A stretch of 63,799 nucleotides of DNA, the filler included, from Octopus bimaculoides (Eukaryota), in the NCBI RefSeq assembly GCF_001194135.2. It is 6 parts of 5 records of this genome, joined end to end, with 100 filler letters (N's around TTAATTAATTAA, not from the genome) between each part and the next. Parts side by side here need not be neighbours in the genome. Positions count along the whole stretch, not along the records: positions 30,397 to 39,817 come from NC_068983.1; positions 39,918 to 56,201 come from NC_068985.1; 4 more parts are not named here. One strand, written 5' to 3'. Below the pieces are notes generated by a model that worked only from the letters and a program-made list of their open reading frames with translations, had not been told where the DNA came from and did not search any database. Made by a program: the position numbers and the translations under genes. The stretch's first letter is position 1. Every line of letters begins with the position of its first letter. This document shows positions 37,125 through 48,613 of this stretch, one piece after another.

Positions 37125-37850
37125 AAAGGCTAAATTATTTTCCAAAATAACAGAGGCAAAAGTAAAAAAATGTGGTCGACCAAATTGCGCAACATGCCCA
37201 AACCTCCTAGAAGGTTCAGAATTCCTCTTCAAAGAGGGACACAAATTCAAAATTAAATCTGACTTTACTTGTGCCTCAGAGAACCTTATTTATGTAATAA
37301 GATGCTCGGGCTGCAACGAACACTACATAGGGTCCACAGGATTATCGCTTAGACGCAGATGCACTCTGCATCGACAGCAGATTGCATACCCAGAATACCG
37401 AATGATACCCTTTAGTGAGCAAAACAAATGCTACCACAAAACAAATGCTACCACAATTTATAATCTTTCCTTTCTACCAATGTGTAAATAAGGAAACTTT
37501 CTTCATTCAAAAATACAAACCCAAACTTAACCATTGCTAACACATTTAAATAAGGAAGCCCATCACCCCACTGAGAAGGAAAAACATATAGAACTAAACC
37601 TAATATACTGTTCCTTCTAAACCAAACCAGGGTAAATTAATCAAAATCTACCAACTCCTGCATTTCGATTACCTCCCTTATACCGGAAGAAGTCCCTAAT
37701 TACCTCCCCCTATATAGAACTCTTTTTTGCACACTGGAGTGAACACATGTTACAATGAAGTAGAGAAATTTGAAAAGACAACACGAAACCGGTTATTTCT
37801 CCAAAATACAATGTTTATATACCAAAAAAAAAATTTTATAACATTTTTCT
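37125..37850 (+). pseudogene. Second Penelope-like element, Zn-finger linker, GIY-YIG endonuclease and 3' repeat
   Basis: KKCGRPNCATCPNL...FTCASENLIYVIRCSGCNEHYIGSTGLSLRRRCTLHRQQI...FIQKYKPKLN. Confidence 0.85.
37763..37801 (+). ncRNA. Minimal hammerhead with compensated U3-A8 core
   Basis: gagaaat TTGAAAA g-acaaca-c GAAA ccgg UU atttctc. 7-bp stem I, 1-bp stem II with a 6-nt loop, palindromic ACCGGT stem III. Confidence 0.7.
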
Positions 37851-37949
37851 GACATAATTTAAATATATACTTTAACCATGTAGCACAAGCCTTCTGTAGT
37901 TTTTTCACTCTTATTATCTTTTATATATATATACTCTTTTACTCTTTTA

Positions 37950-38160
37950 TTTTTTTTTGTTTCAGTCATTTGACTGCGGCCATGCAGGAGCACCGCCTTT
38001 AGTCGAGCAAATCGACCCCGGGACTTATTCTTTGTAAGCCTAGTATTTATTCTATCGGTATATTTTGCTGAACCGCTAAGTTACGGGGACATAAACACAC
38101 CAGCATCGGTTGTCAAGCAATGCTAGGGGGACAACACAGACACACAAACACACATACATA
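37950..38160 (-). mobile_element. SINE family B 3' half
   Basis: tttcagtcatttgactgcggccatgcaggagcaccgcctttagtcgagcaaatcgacccc... Confidence 0.85.
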
Positions 38161-39088
38161 TACATATATATATATATATATANNNNNNNNNNNNNNNNNN
38201 NNNNNNNNNNNNNNNNNNNNNNNNNNNNNNNNNNNNNNNNNNNNNNNNNNNNNNNNNNNNNNNNNNNNNNNNNNNNNNNNNNNNNNNNNNNNNNNNNNNN
38301 NNNNNNNNNNNNNNNNNNNNNNNNNNNNNNNNNNNNNNNNNNNNNNNNNNNNNNNNNNNNNNNNNNNNNNNNNNNNNNNNNNNNNNNNNNNNNNNNNNNN
38401 NNNNNNNNNNNNNNNNNNNNNNNNNNNNNNNNNNNNNNNNNNNNNNNNNNNNNNNNNNNNNNNNNNNNNNNNNNNNNNNNNNNNNNNNNNNNNNNNNNNN
38501 NNNNNNNNNNNNNNNNNNNNNNNNNNNNNNNNNNTGTACATTTACAGATTTTTATTAATGTCACATATTAAATGAAGCGCTTTTCACCTAGTCGTGTAGG
38601 TCTTTCTTTCTTGGTTGGCTGTTGTGCGTGCAACATCGATATTCCTCCCTGTGCCTGAGAAATCTTGTATACCTACCGTAAGGCCTTATTTCCACACACG
38701 ACAGCTTAATTTAATTCGTCCTTAGTCGAAAGACATCTGTTGTTATGTCTTGTTATTATTATTTTTATTGTATTTGTGTAACATTGTTCGTTCGTGTTTT
38801 TTTATTTCGTCCTTGTTTTTGTATACATTCGCTGCTTTCTTCCAAGGAATCTAATGCTCTTAGCTTAGATTTTCCTTGGGGCTGCCAAAATTGGAGCAAT
38901 ATCGAGGATAACTAGCCGAAATTGCGAAGATAATCTGGATCTCGGCTGAGGAAAGAAAACTCCGAATGACCCATCCTTGTTTTTTTTGTTTCGTCTATCT
39001 GGATGTTTTGTTGTCCATTTCTTGTATCACCTAACTGTCTGGATGTTTTGCGTTCTAGTCCCATCCCATTTTGTATTATATATATATT

Positions 39089-39308
39089 CACGAGAGGGTG
39101 CTGAAAAATTACCGGCTTTAAGGGTATTGCGAAAGCCTGGTTGGAGGCCCAGCCTTCCTAGTTCTTTTACAGGGCTTAGAAACATTGAAGGACCGCTGCA
39201 ATAAGTATGTGTATCTGAGAGGAAAATATGTTGAATAAAATAATAATTAACTGCTCCACTTGTATTTTCTTTTATTGAAAGCCAGGAACTTTCCAGCAAC
39301 CCCTCGTA
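39089..39308 (+). mobile_element. Mariner-derived MITE
   Basis: TIRs acgagagggtgctgaaaaattaccggcttt and aaagccaggaactttccagcaacccctcgta; the interior retains the end of a transposase (CNKYVYLRGKYVE*). Confidence 0.8.
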
Positions 39309-39347
39309 TATATAAAACGATGAATACGAGATTATTAAATCTACATG

Positions 39348-39533
39348 ATTTTATATTTTTTATAGTCAGTTATACAGCATATTTGATTTAGATGTGTCCG
39401 ACGCACGTTTCTGCTGCATAGAAATAATTGGATGCAAATGAAATTGTGAGATGTCTTTGAAGCAGAAATGTCCGTCTGGTACATTTAATCAAATATGCTG
39501 TATTATTTATAGTAAAAATAAAAAATATATCAA
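39348..39533. repeat. Imperfect inverted repeat with HHR half-sites
   Basis: tacagcatatttgatt.agatgtgtccgacgcacgtttctgct pairs with agcagaaatgtccgtctggtacatttaatcaaatatgctgta. Confidence 0.75.
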
Positions 39534-39755
39534 CATATACTAATTTCCTTATTCATTATAACTGTCCTGGATATACACTCGGTAAAATATTTATGATCCA
39601 GTGAAGCGAACTCAGGATATAATCATCGGATGACATACATTGAGATTGCTTACTTCACATAAGCCTAAGCTATCTGTACAACTCGATACGGTTAGACATA
39701 ACCTGGATTGTAACGAAATAATCGAACGGTACCTGCGTGGATACTTTTTCCCTAT

Positions 39756-39817
<62 letters not shown>

Positions 39818-39917
39818 NNNNNNNNNNNNNNNNNNNNNNNNNNNNNNNNNNNNNNNNNNNNTTAATTAATTAANNNNNNNNNNNNNNNNNNNNNNNNNNN
39901 NNNNNNNNNNNNNNNNN

Positions 39918-40220
39918 GTCGGTCCGTACCCACCAACCGCAGCAGGTCTCCAAGGTGTACAACCTCTCGTCGATAGCGCCAATATAGGTAAGAGAAGTCG
40001 GCAAAATGGATCCGTACCTTCGGAAGAAGGATTGGCTCCGAGGACCGGGTCAGTCGGGCCGTGTGTGTTGCTGTACTCCCGCGCAGCCGCGTCGCCGTTC
40101 GCTCGGCGTCGCGCTGTCGGGCGCCAGAACACATCTTCACGCGAAGCGGCGGACCGGTACGGGGCTGTAGCGTTGGTGTCGGATTCGGCATCCCGGGTGC
40201 CTTTCCGGCCATCGCCGAAT
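39918..40220 (+). rRNA. Isolated 28S rRNA gene fragment (pseudogene), conserved core plus a GC-rich expansion segment
   Basis: ccgtaccca..aaccgcagcaggtctccaaggtg...taggtaag.gaagtcggcaa..tggatccgta.cttcgg..gaaggattggctc matches universal LSU rRNA sequence. Confidence 0.85.
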
Positions 40221-40978
40221 GGTTGAAAAATAAAAGTGCCCCCGTAGGATTTGAACTAAGAGCGTAAAGAGCCCGACAAAATACCGCAATCCACTGATCT
40301 AATAATTATTTCTAATATAGAACAAGCCTATCGTCTCCAGTACAACGACCCCGGAGGGATGAAAGATGAGGCTGATCCTGGCATTACCTTAGCTTTATTT
40401 GAACGCATTACTTAGCTTTAAGTACACTCTGTTGCAAGCATTTGAATAAGGTCTCCTGTCTGGAGAAAACTTCTTCCCATATCCTACCAGTTACAAAGAC
40501 CATAAGAAAAATAAGGAGCCATGCTCACTGCCCTACCTCTTCAAGGTCATGTAAAAGTAATTCCTTTAAGATTAATTGTCCCGGTGACGCAATTCAATAA
40601 CAGTGTGATCTCTGCTGTAACATACGAATATATATAGCGAACAAATCTCTAATCATAGGCTCCTAAATAGGACGCCAGTCAAACGTAGGTAACATCCCTA
40701 GCGCTTCTAAAAGCATTTTCCTGACATCAAGGTGAACTGAGATGTATAGGATAAAGTATTGTACCAAGAAATACAAACAAAAAGGAATGACACGCAATGG
40801 AATTGAACTCACAAATCAGAAAATAGCAGTTAAATGACAAAGTGTATGAATTTGACCATTTCCCCAAAATTGGTCCGTCATGTGAACTATACAGATTAAT
40901 AGAATCATCAATTCTGTCGGTCTACCCCCCCTCTCTCTCTCTCTCTCTTTATAGATAGATAGATAGATATATATATAT

Positions 40979-41018
<40 letters not shown>

Positions 41019-41094
41019 TGAGAGAGATACACGTATGTGTGTATGTAGATAGGTATGTGTGTATATTTACACACACACACATATACACATATCG

Positions 41095-41420
41095 TCGTCA
41101 CTAATTTGTATCCGAGGAGCTAATCTGTAGTGAGTGGTTGAGCCTCTTTGTCTTGGTGAGTGCGAAGGGTGCTAGAGGGCGCTGTTCAGGCCAACGTAGG
41201 TATAGAAGAGTTAGGGATACTCATCGCAGAGGAGGGTTGTTGAGGAATTAGGAAGTGCGAGTCGCTCTTTGCATCTTTGACATCTGATTTCTACCTATTG
41301 CCATCTACTCTTTTTCATCTGATCCGTTACCTTCACGATGATATGCCGCCACTTTCAGCGGTCCTTAGCGATTGTTTCCCAGGTTTTGGGGTCAGTGGAG
41401 TAGCGAAAGAGAGTGACCTT
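41095..41420 (-). mobile_element. RTE-clade LINE 3' end
   Basis: LKVTLFRYSTDPKTWETIAKDR*KWRHII...RCQRCKER...LCD resembles the BovB/RTE C-terminus. Confidence 0.65.
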
Positions 41421-41422
41421 TA

Positions 41423-41458
<36 letters not shown>

Positions 41459-41600
41459 GCACATCAACTCACGAGGCTTTGGTTGACCCGAGGACATAGT
41501 AAAAAAAAAAAACTTTCCCAAAGTGTTACTCTGTAGTACTGAACCTGGAATCTTGTGGTTGGGAAACAAACGTCTTACCACACAGCCATGTCTGCACCTG
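41421..41600 (-). mobile_element. SINE family B head half
   Basis: gaggctttggttgacccgagg...ctgaacctggaatcttgtggttgggaa...accacacagccatg. Confidence 0.65.
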
Positions 41601-41920
41601 ACTAATTGAGAAAAATACAGGAGTTTCGTGATCGCATACACTGGCTTGCAACTGTTTCCGCTATAAGAAACTGTCCGCCCTTATTTATAGCGGAAAGAGT
41701 TGTAAGCCAATGGCCGTGATTACGTAACTCATGTTCTTTTGTATTTTATTTATTCATTAATAATTTACTCTGTCTGTATCGATTGCTCTAAACCACAGTC
41801 CAGTGGTGAGGACATCAGTGAATTCACGTTATCTCACCACAAAGCTTAGAAATATTGTGAATTATATGTATAGTGAGTTCTAAGTGACTGCTGGTCTTGC
41901 AATGACTAAGATGAATTACA

Positions 41921-41949
<29 letters not shown>

Positions 41950-41952
<3 letters not shown>

Positions 41953-43304
41953 GATGAACTCTCCGTCGGTTTCGATATAAGAGGTTCTGACAGTCAACGC
42001 TTTCTTTGTCAGTCACATTATGTCGAATGTGATTTTTAAGTCCTGCCAATGATTTGCAAAGAAACCATCATAAGTTGCGAGTATGAGGATGACGGGTCAT
42101 TGAAGGCGATATATTTTCACCCGCTTTTCTCCTTTGCCTGGCATCCCTTAGCGTACTAATACGTGTTGAATCAACGTCTCTTATACTATTTTGACACGAT
42201 GATCTCCATTTTGTTCGCTCCAAGGCTGTTTGCTCAAAGTTCTTTTAAGCTAAATTGACTGCTGAGAGGTTAATCTTCAGCTTGTCCTTATATCTGAGCC
42301 ATGATCAACCAACATTCCTGCGCCCGCTATCAAGCTGACTGTACATGAGGACTTTGGGCGTTCTTTCATCACTCATTCTGACGACATGGTCGACCCAGTA
42401 CAATTACGACTGTATAAGGAAGCTCTCGATTCCACCAATCTTACACTTTACTCTTTTACTCTTTTACTTGTTTCAGTCATTTGACTGCGGCCATGCTGGA
42501 GCACCGCCTTTAGTCGAGCAAATCGACTAAAAAAACTTATTCTTTGTAAGCCTAGTACTTATTCTATCGGTCTCTTTTGCCGAACCGCTAAGTTACGGGG
42601 ACGTAAACACACCAGCATCGGTTGTCAAGCGATGTTGGGGGGACAAACACAGACACACAAACACACATATATATACATATATACGATGGGCTTCTTTCAG
42701 TTTCCGTCTACCAAATTCACTCAGAAGGCTTTGGTCGGCCAGAGGCTATAGTAGAAGACACTTGCCCAAGGTGCCACGCAGTGGGACTGAACCCGGAACC
42801 ATGTGGTTGGTAAGCAAGCTACTTACCACACAGCCACACCTGCGCAGGTTGACATTAGACATTCTGTCTTTCAGTGAATAACCGCAGACTGTCCGGAGAC
42901 CGCCTTTGTGAAAGACGTCTACTTGGTTAATGTGCCGCCTATAGGGTGTCCACTGTTCTAAGCAATACAAGAGAGGATTAGAATGGCAGCTTTATAGACC
43001 TGTAATTTCTGAAATCTAATTAATGCCCCTTTCATTCGATGCCAAATGCGTTGGCTTTCGCAAGTCGATTGACGATTTCATCATCAAGGAAAACACTCGA
43101 CTTCACTTTACCACAAAGGTATGTAAATGAATTCACATACTTTAGGTTTTTCCCGTCAACCTGTATAGGAGTGTCAGGAAAATTATGAACCGGTGGCCTT
43201 CGCTTGACGCCTCGAATTTGTTTAGGAGTAGAACAAGGTTGGTGGATTACTTCCGTCTTCTTTGTGCTGATGGTCAAGTCGATATTAGAACTGAAAGTAT
43301 ACAC
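41950..43304 (-). mobile_element. RTE-BovB-like LINE, 5'-truncated, split by a SINE
   Basis: LTISTKKTEVIHQP...LKYVNSFTYL..., DDEIVNRLAKA..FG, HINQVDVFHKGGLRTVCGYS..DRMSN, WVDHVVRMSDERTPKVLMYSQL..G.RNVG...RYKDKLK. Confidence 0.75.
42455..42846 (-). mobile_element. Full-length SINE family B (CORE-type) with internal (CA)/(TA) microsatellite
   Basis: Minus strand: A-box gtggctgtgtgg, B-box gggttcagtccc, CORE-like ggcaccttgggcaagtgtctt, tail (aaaagagt)n. Confidence 0.9.
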
Positions 43305-44129
43305 GTGATTGATTTTAAGTGTTCATAAGGTCACAAACAATCTGATTGATTCCGGAGTTACCTTGACCTCAAGGTGCATCAATCTTTTCAATAAGTCCGT
43401 CGATGCCAAAACATACTAAATCCTCTGGCCGAAATATTTCCCTTCTTCTTCAATGTCTGTAGAACAAACATAGACTTTATAACTATTTGGACGATTATTT
43501 TGATTGCAGAACATCGGCCTTCTGGATTACTCACAAACATCGCATCAATAACATCTCACTGCTAAAATTGCGTGTTGATTTTTAATACTTCACCGAAGCA
43601 ATCTAGTAAGGCCGGAATATGCACATAGTAGACATTATAGTTAGCAAAGATCAGACATATTCCTCCACTGCATACTCCATTCAGTTTTTAATATATTTGA
43701 CCTTCAAAGTTGTCTGCCTTGCCTTTCTTGATAAGAGTTATAATTAACATTGATAATCATTGTACTTTACTTACATGCATGATTTTTTTATTTAATTAAA
43801 AACGTAAATGTTTCGACTGGCTTCATTGATCATGTAATCTCCTGATTAACAATTCAAAACTGTACTCTTGGTTAAAATCTTTTAAGATAAATGCTAAGTT
43901 ATTAGGATGGAACGATCAGTCACCGAACTGTCGATTAATCGTTCAGGTGGGTTTTTTTTTTATATATTTAGGTGCTTTTTATATTTAGGCGTTTTAAAAA
44001 ATATTTAGGTGTTTTATTATATTTAGTAAAAGTCCCTGCTTTCTAACCAATCATGTTTAAACAATTGACTTCTAAATGATTGATGCCCTTTTCTTGTAAA
44101 AGGACTACGAAATGCATTTGACTGAAATA

Positions 44130-44397
44130 TCCAACCATATTAGGCAAAGAATAAAGATTCTCTTTGGTCATGAATAACCATGGTATTACACCAAGAAAGT
44201 TCCCTCCGAGGCACAAGTCCGGGCAAGTTTGTTTATGGAAGACCAACAGCCGCCCATGCATACCAGTCTCCCCTTTCCACGCCGCTGATGTTATCCAAAG
44301 AGAAAGCAAAGGCCGATACAGCTTGGCACCACATTTCTACAGCTGAGAGAACTGGAGCAACATGAAATAAAGTGTCTTGCTCGAGAACACAACAGTT
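44130..44397 (-). mobile_element. SINE with family C core and an alternative tail
   Basis: Minus strand gtgttctcgagcaagacactttatttcatgttgctccagttctctcagctgtagaaatg shares the family C core. Confidence 0.6.
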
Positions 44398-44994
44398 AGT
44401 CAGTCAGTCAGTCAGTGAAAGCACGCGTACGAAAGGTGTAGGCTTAATTATTTTATCCTCAGACACTACACAGACTTTGATCGCAGCGATCATTTATATC
44501 CTGGTTTGGTGCAGGTTAAAATGAAAATCGGTCAAAATTTTATTCTGATCTAGACGACTAAAATCAGAGCTTATCATCAGTTGAACTTTCAAATAAATGT
44601 TATTAAAAATTCTGCTGACACAAACCGGATGTAAATATTCTACAATTGCAGTCGNNNNNNNNNNNNNNNNNNNNNNNNNNNNNNNNNNNNNNNNNNNNNN
44701 NNNNNNNNNNNNNNNNNNNNNNNNNNNNNNNNNNNNNNNNNNNNNNNNNNNNNNNNNNNNNNNNNNNNNNNNNNNNNNNNNNNNNNNNNNNNNNNNNNNN
44801 NNNNNNNNNNNNNNNNNNNNNNNNNNNNNNNNNNNNNNNNNNNNNNNNNNNNNNNNNNNNNNNNNNNNNNNNNNNNNNNNNNNNNNNNNNNNNNNNNNNN
44901 NNNNNNNNNNNNNNNNNNNNNNNNNNNNNNNNNNNNNNNNNNNNNNNNNNNNNNNNNNNNNNNNNNNNNNNNNNNNNNNNNNNNNNNNNNNNNN

Positions 44995-45303
44995 GTTGTG
45001 AGTGTTTATTGAACGAAAATACCTAAAAGCTCCACGAGGCTCCGGCAGGGGATGGTGGCGAACCCTGCTGTACTCTTTCACCACAACTTTCTCTTACTTC
45101 CTGTTTCTGTTGTGCCTGTAATTCAAAGGGTCAGCCTTGTCACACTGTGTCACGCTGAATATTCCCGAGAACTACATTAAGGGTACACGTGTCTGTGGAG
45201 TGCTCAGCCACTTGCACGTTAATTTCACGAGCAGGCTGTTCCATCGATCGGATCAAATGGAACCCTCGACGTCGTAAGCGACGGATTGCCAACAACAACA
45301 ACA
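44995..45303 (+). mobile_element. SINE-like element sharing the 52041 tail, with a different head
   Basis: aaagggtcagccttgtcacac...gagcaggctgttcc..gatcggatca..tggaacc is near-identical to 52180-52350; (AAC)n tail. Confidence 0.6.
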
Positions 45304-45429
45304 ATATGAAAACAATTTTACTTCAATCTATTAGGTTACTGTATACTTTTGTTACGTACAAAAGACTGACGATGGCATGACTGACTGAAACTTCGAAGTC
45401 ACTGCCGACAACAATCTAGTAAGAGTATA

Positions 45430-45595
45430 ATAAATACATGCATGTATGTATGTCATTGTTAAGTTTTATTTCAAGATTTCTTACCAATAGAGAAAGAGTC
45501 GGTTTCTAATCTACATTCATGACTCTTTCGTTGGAATTTCAACATCAACAACAGGGTATTTTTGTTTGTATGTATGTATGTATGTATGTATATAT
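45430..45595 (-). mobile_element. 3' UTR-only RLE LINE remnant in (TATG)n
   Basis: Its reverse complement matches 34005-34110; (TATG)n on both flanks. Confidence 0.55.
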
Positions 45596-46229
45596 GTCTG
45601 TGACAGGATTTTCATCATTATCTATGAGGTAACACAATGTTCTACCCTGGAATGTCTAACTGCGGAGAATTATAGAATTGTCAGTAGACATGGGAAAATA
45701 GTGACTTGCAAAAGACGAACGTTCTATCGAAGATGAATATTTTCTCACGTCCATTCAATTACTTCAGTAAATGACGTTTAATAGGTTTCCCACGAATTCT
45801 TAGTTTCATATATATATATATATATATANNNNNNNNNNNNNNNNNNNNNNNNNNNNNNNNNNNNNNNNNNNNNNNNNNNNNNNNNNNNNNNNNNNNNNNN
45901 NNNNNNNNNNNNNNNNNNNNNNNNNNNNNNNNNNNNNNNNNNNNNNNNNNNNNNNNNNNNNNNNNNNNNNNNNNNNNNNNNNNNNNNNNNNNNNNNNNNN
46001 NNNNNNNNNNNNNNNNNNNNNNNNNNNNNNNNNNNNNNNNNNNNNNNNNNNNNNNNNNNNNNNNNNNNNNNNNNNNNNNNNNNNNNNNNNNNNNNNNNNN
46101 NNNNNNNNNNNNNNNNNNNNNNNNNNNNNNNNNNNNNNNNNNNNNNNNNNNNNNNNNTATATATATATATATATGTATGTATGTATGTATACATATACAT
46201 ATATATTATATATATATATATGTATGTAT

Positions 46230-46283
<54 letters not shown>

Positions 46284-46875
46284 GCACACATACATGCATA
46301 CATATATGCATAAACATACATGCGCATATCTACACACGCAGGGAAATTTACCTGACGACATTTGTTCCGGCTCTTTTCATTCTGAGTTGATACCACCAGA
46401 TCAACTATGAATTCTATTCTCCCGGAGTCAATAAAATGAAAGGGAGGTACTGGAATCGACTAATCCTTTCTCTGAAAACTGGTGACTTTGTGCCTAAATT
46501 AGAGCTACTGTGAATAAAAGTTAATAAAGTTCCAGCGTTCTGGCATTCGTGCCCGGACGTGACATGCAATTTTTGGCTCTACAATTTGAGCTGACTCTCT
46601 GAAGAGATCTAACGTATTCATGCATGGATTCTGCCCACGGTCTTTTATCTTTTACCTGTTTTCTTGTCTCAATCACTGGACTACGGCCATCCTGGGGCAC
46701 AGCCTTGAAGATTTTAAGTCGAACAAATTGATGCCCAGTACTTATTTTTTAAAGTTTGGTGGTTTTTAAGTCTTGTGGTTTTTCAGTCTGGTTCTTATGC
46801 TATAGTTCCCTTTAGTCGAACAGCTATGTTACGGGGACGTGTGCAAACCAACACTGTTTGTATTTAGGGAACACC

Positions 46876-46929
<54 letters not shown>

Positions 46930-48558
46930 ACTTTAAAATATTTTGCAAAAACTGCTTGATACCGTCACAATAGTTAAAGACAGATTTTCTGAAAAGTTAT
47001 TAACATAGGCGCAGACTATAGTTCCTGATTCAGTCCCACTGAGTGACACCTATAGCTTCGAGCCGACCAAAAGCCTTGTGAGTGGACCTAGCAGACAGAA
47101 ACTGGAAGAAGTCACGAGCGTCAAACTAATACGCCAGCTTGTTGTTCNNNNNNNNNNNNNNNNNNNNNNNNNNNNNNNNNNNNNNNNNNNNNNNNNNNNN
47201 NNNNNNNNNNNNNNNNNNNNNNNNNNNNNNNNNNNNNNNNNNNNNNNNNNNNNNNNNNNNNNNNNNNNNNNNNNNNNNNNNNNNNNNNNNNNNNNNNNNN
47301 NNNNNNNNNNNNNNNNNNNNNNNNNNNNNNNNNNNNNNNNNNNNNNNNNNNNNNNNNNNNNNNNNNNNNNNNNNNNNNNNNNNNNNNNNNNNNNNNNNNN
47401 NNNNNNNNNNNNNNNNNNNNNNNNNNNNNNNNNNNNNNNNNNNNNNNNNNNNNNNNNNNNNNNNNNNNNNNNNNNNNNNNNNNNNNNNNNNNNNNNNNNN
47501 NNNNNNNNNNNNNNNNNNNNNNNNNNNNNNNNNNNNNNNNNNNNNNNNNNNNNNNNNNNNNNNNNNNNNNNNNNNNNNNNNNNNNNNNNCGTAATTTATT
47601 ATATAAACAATATATGCGTATAAATTACGATTAAACCGGATGAAATATGTCACAGGGAATAACATTTTTATGACCGCCCAGCAGTAACTCTATTCAGCTG
47701 AATAGACGTCAGTGATTGGTTGAAATTACAGAAATACGACAACTTTAACATGGAATAACTTGCGATGTAGGTTTTTTTGTTAAGAAGACTAAGAGTAAAA
47801 GATGTTTTATATGACACATTCTACCAGTGTCCCAAGTTTCAAAGTGTTTCGTTAGTGTTTCGTTAAGAAAATACTGGTGCCCCCGTTTTAAAATAGATCC
47901 GGGCGATTTCTTCCTCTGTCAGTCTATGTGTTGTATACATTTGCGCTCTTCCTACAACACCAGGAGTATTTTACTCTTATTTCTAGCAATGTAGATGTCT
48001 CGGCTCACTTAGTCACATTTAGTGATATGTCTTTCCTTCTTTTTCATTCTCTCTCTCCCTCTCTCCCTCTCTCTCTCTCTCTCTCCCTCTCTCCCCCTCT
48101 CTCTCTCTGTATATATATATATATANNNNNNNNNNNNNNNNNNNNNNNNNNNNNNNNNNNNNNNNNNNNNNNNNNNNNNNNNNNNNNNNNNNNNNNNNNN
48201 NNNNNNNNNNNNNNNNNNNNNNNNNNNNNNNNNNNNNNNNNNNNNNNNNNNNNNNNNNNNNNNNNNNNNNNNNNNNNNNNNNNNNNNNNNNNNNNNNNNN
48301 NNNNNNNNNNNNNNNNNNNNNNNNNNNNNNNNNNNNNNNNNNNNNNNNNNNNNNNNNNNNNNNNNNNNNNNNNNNNNNNNNNNNNNNNNNNNNNNNNNNN
48401 NNNNNNNNNNNNNNNNNNNNNNNNNNNNNNNNNNNNNNNNNNNNNNNNNNNNNNNNNNNNNNNNNNNNNNNNNNNNNNNNNNNNNNNNNNNNNNNNNNNN
48501 NNNNNNNNNNNNNNNNNNNNNNNNNNNNNNNNNNNNNNNNNNNNNNNNNNNNNNNNNN

Positions 48559-48613
<55 letters not shown>

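Noticed and set aside
36104-37250. Long poly-Ser, poly-Val/Ala and poly-Tyr ORFs
   Set aside because: A (TAG)/(CAG) microsatellite plus a gap.
38535-39075. Possible solo LTR
   Set aside because: The left end is in a gap, no TG...CA termini or TSD can be shown, and there is no second copy in the window.
45025-45090. agc-TCCACGAG-gct as an HDV-like ribozyme P3/L3
   Set aside because: No P1 partner upstream; the remainder is a simple stem-loop.
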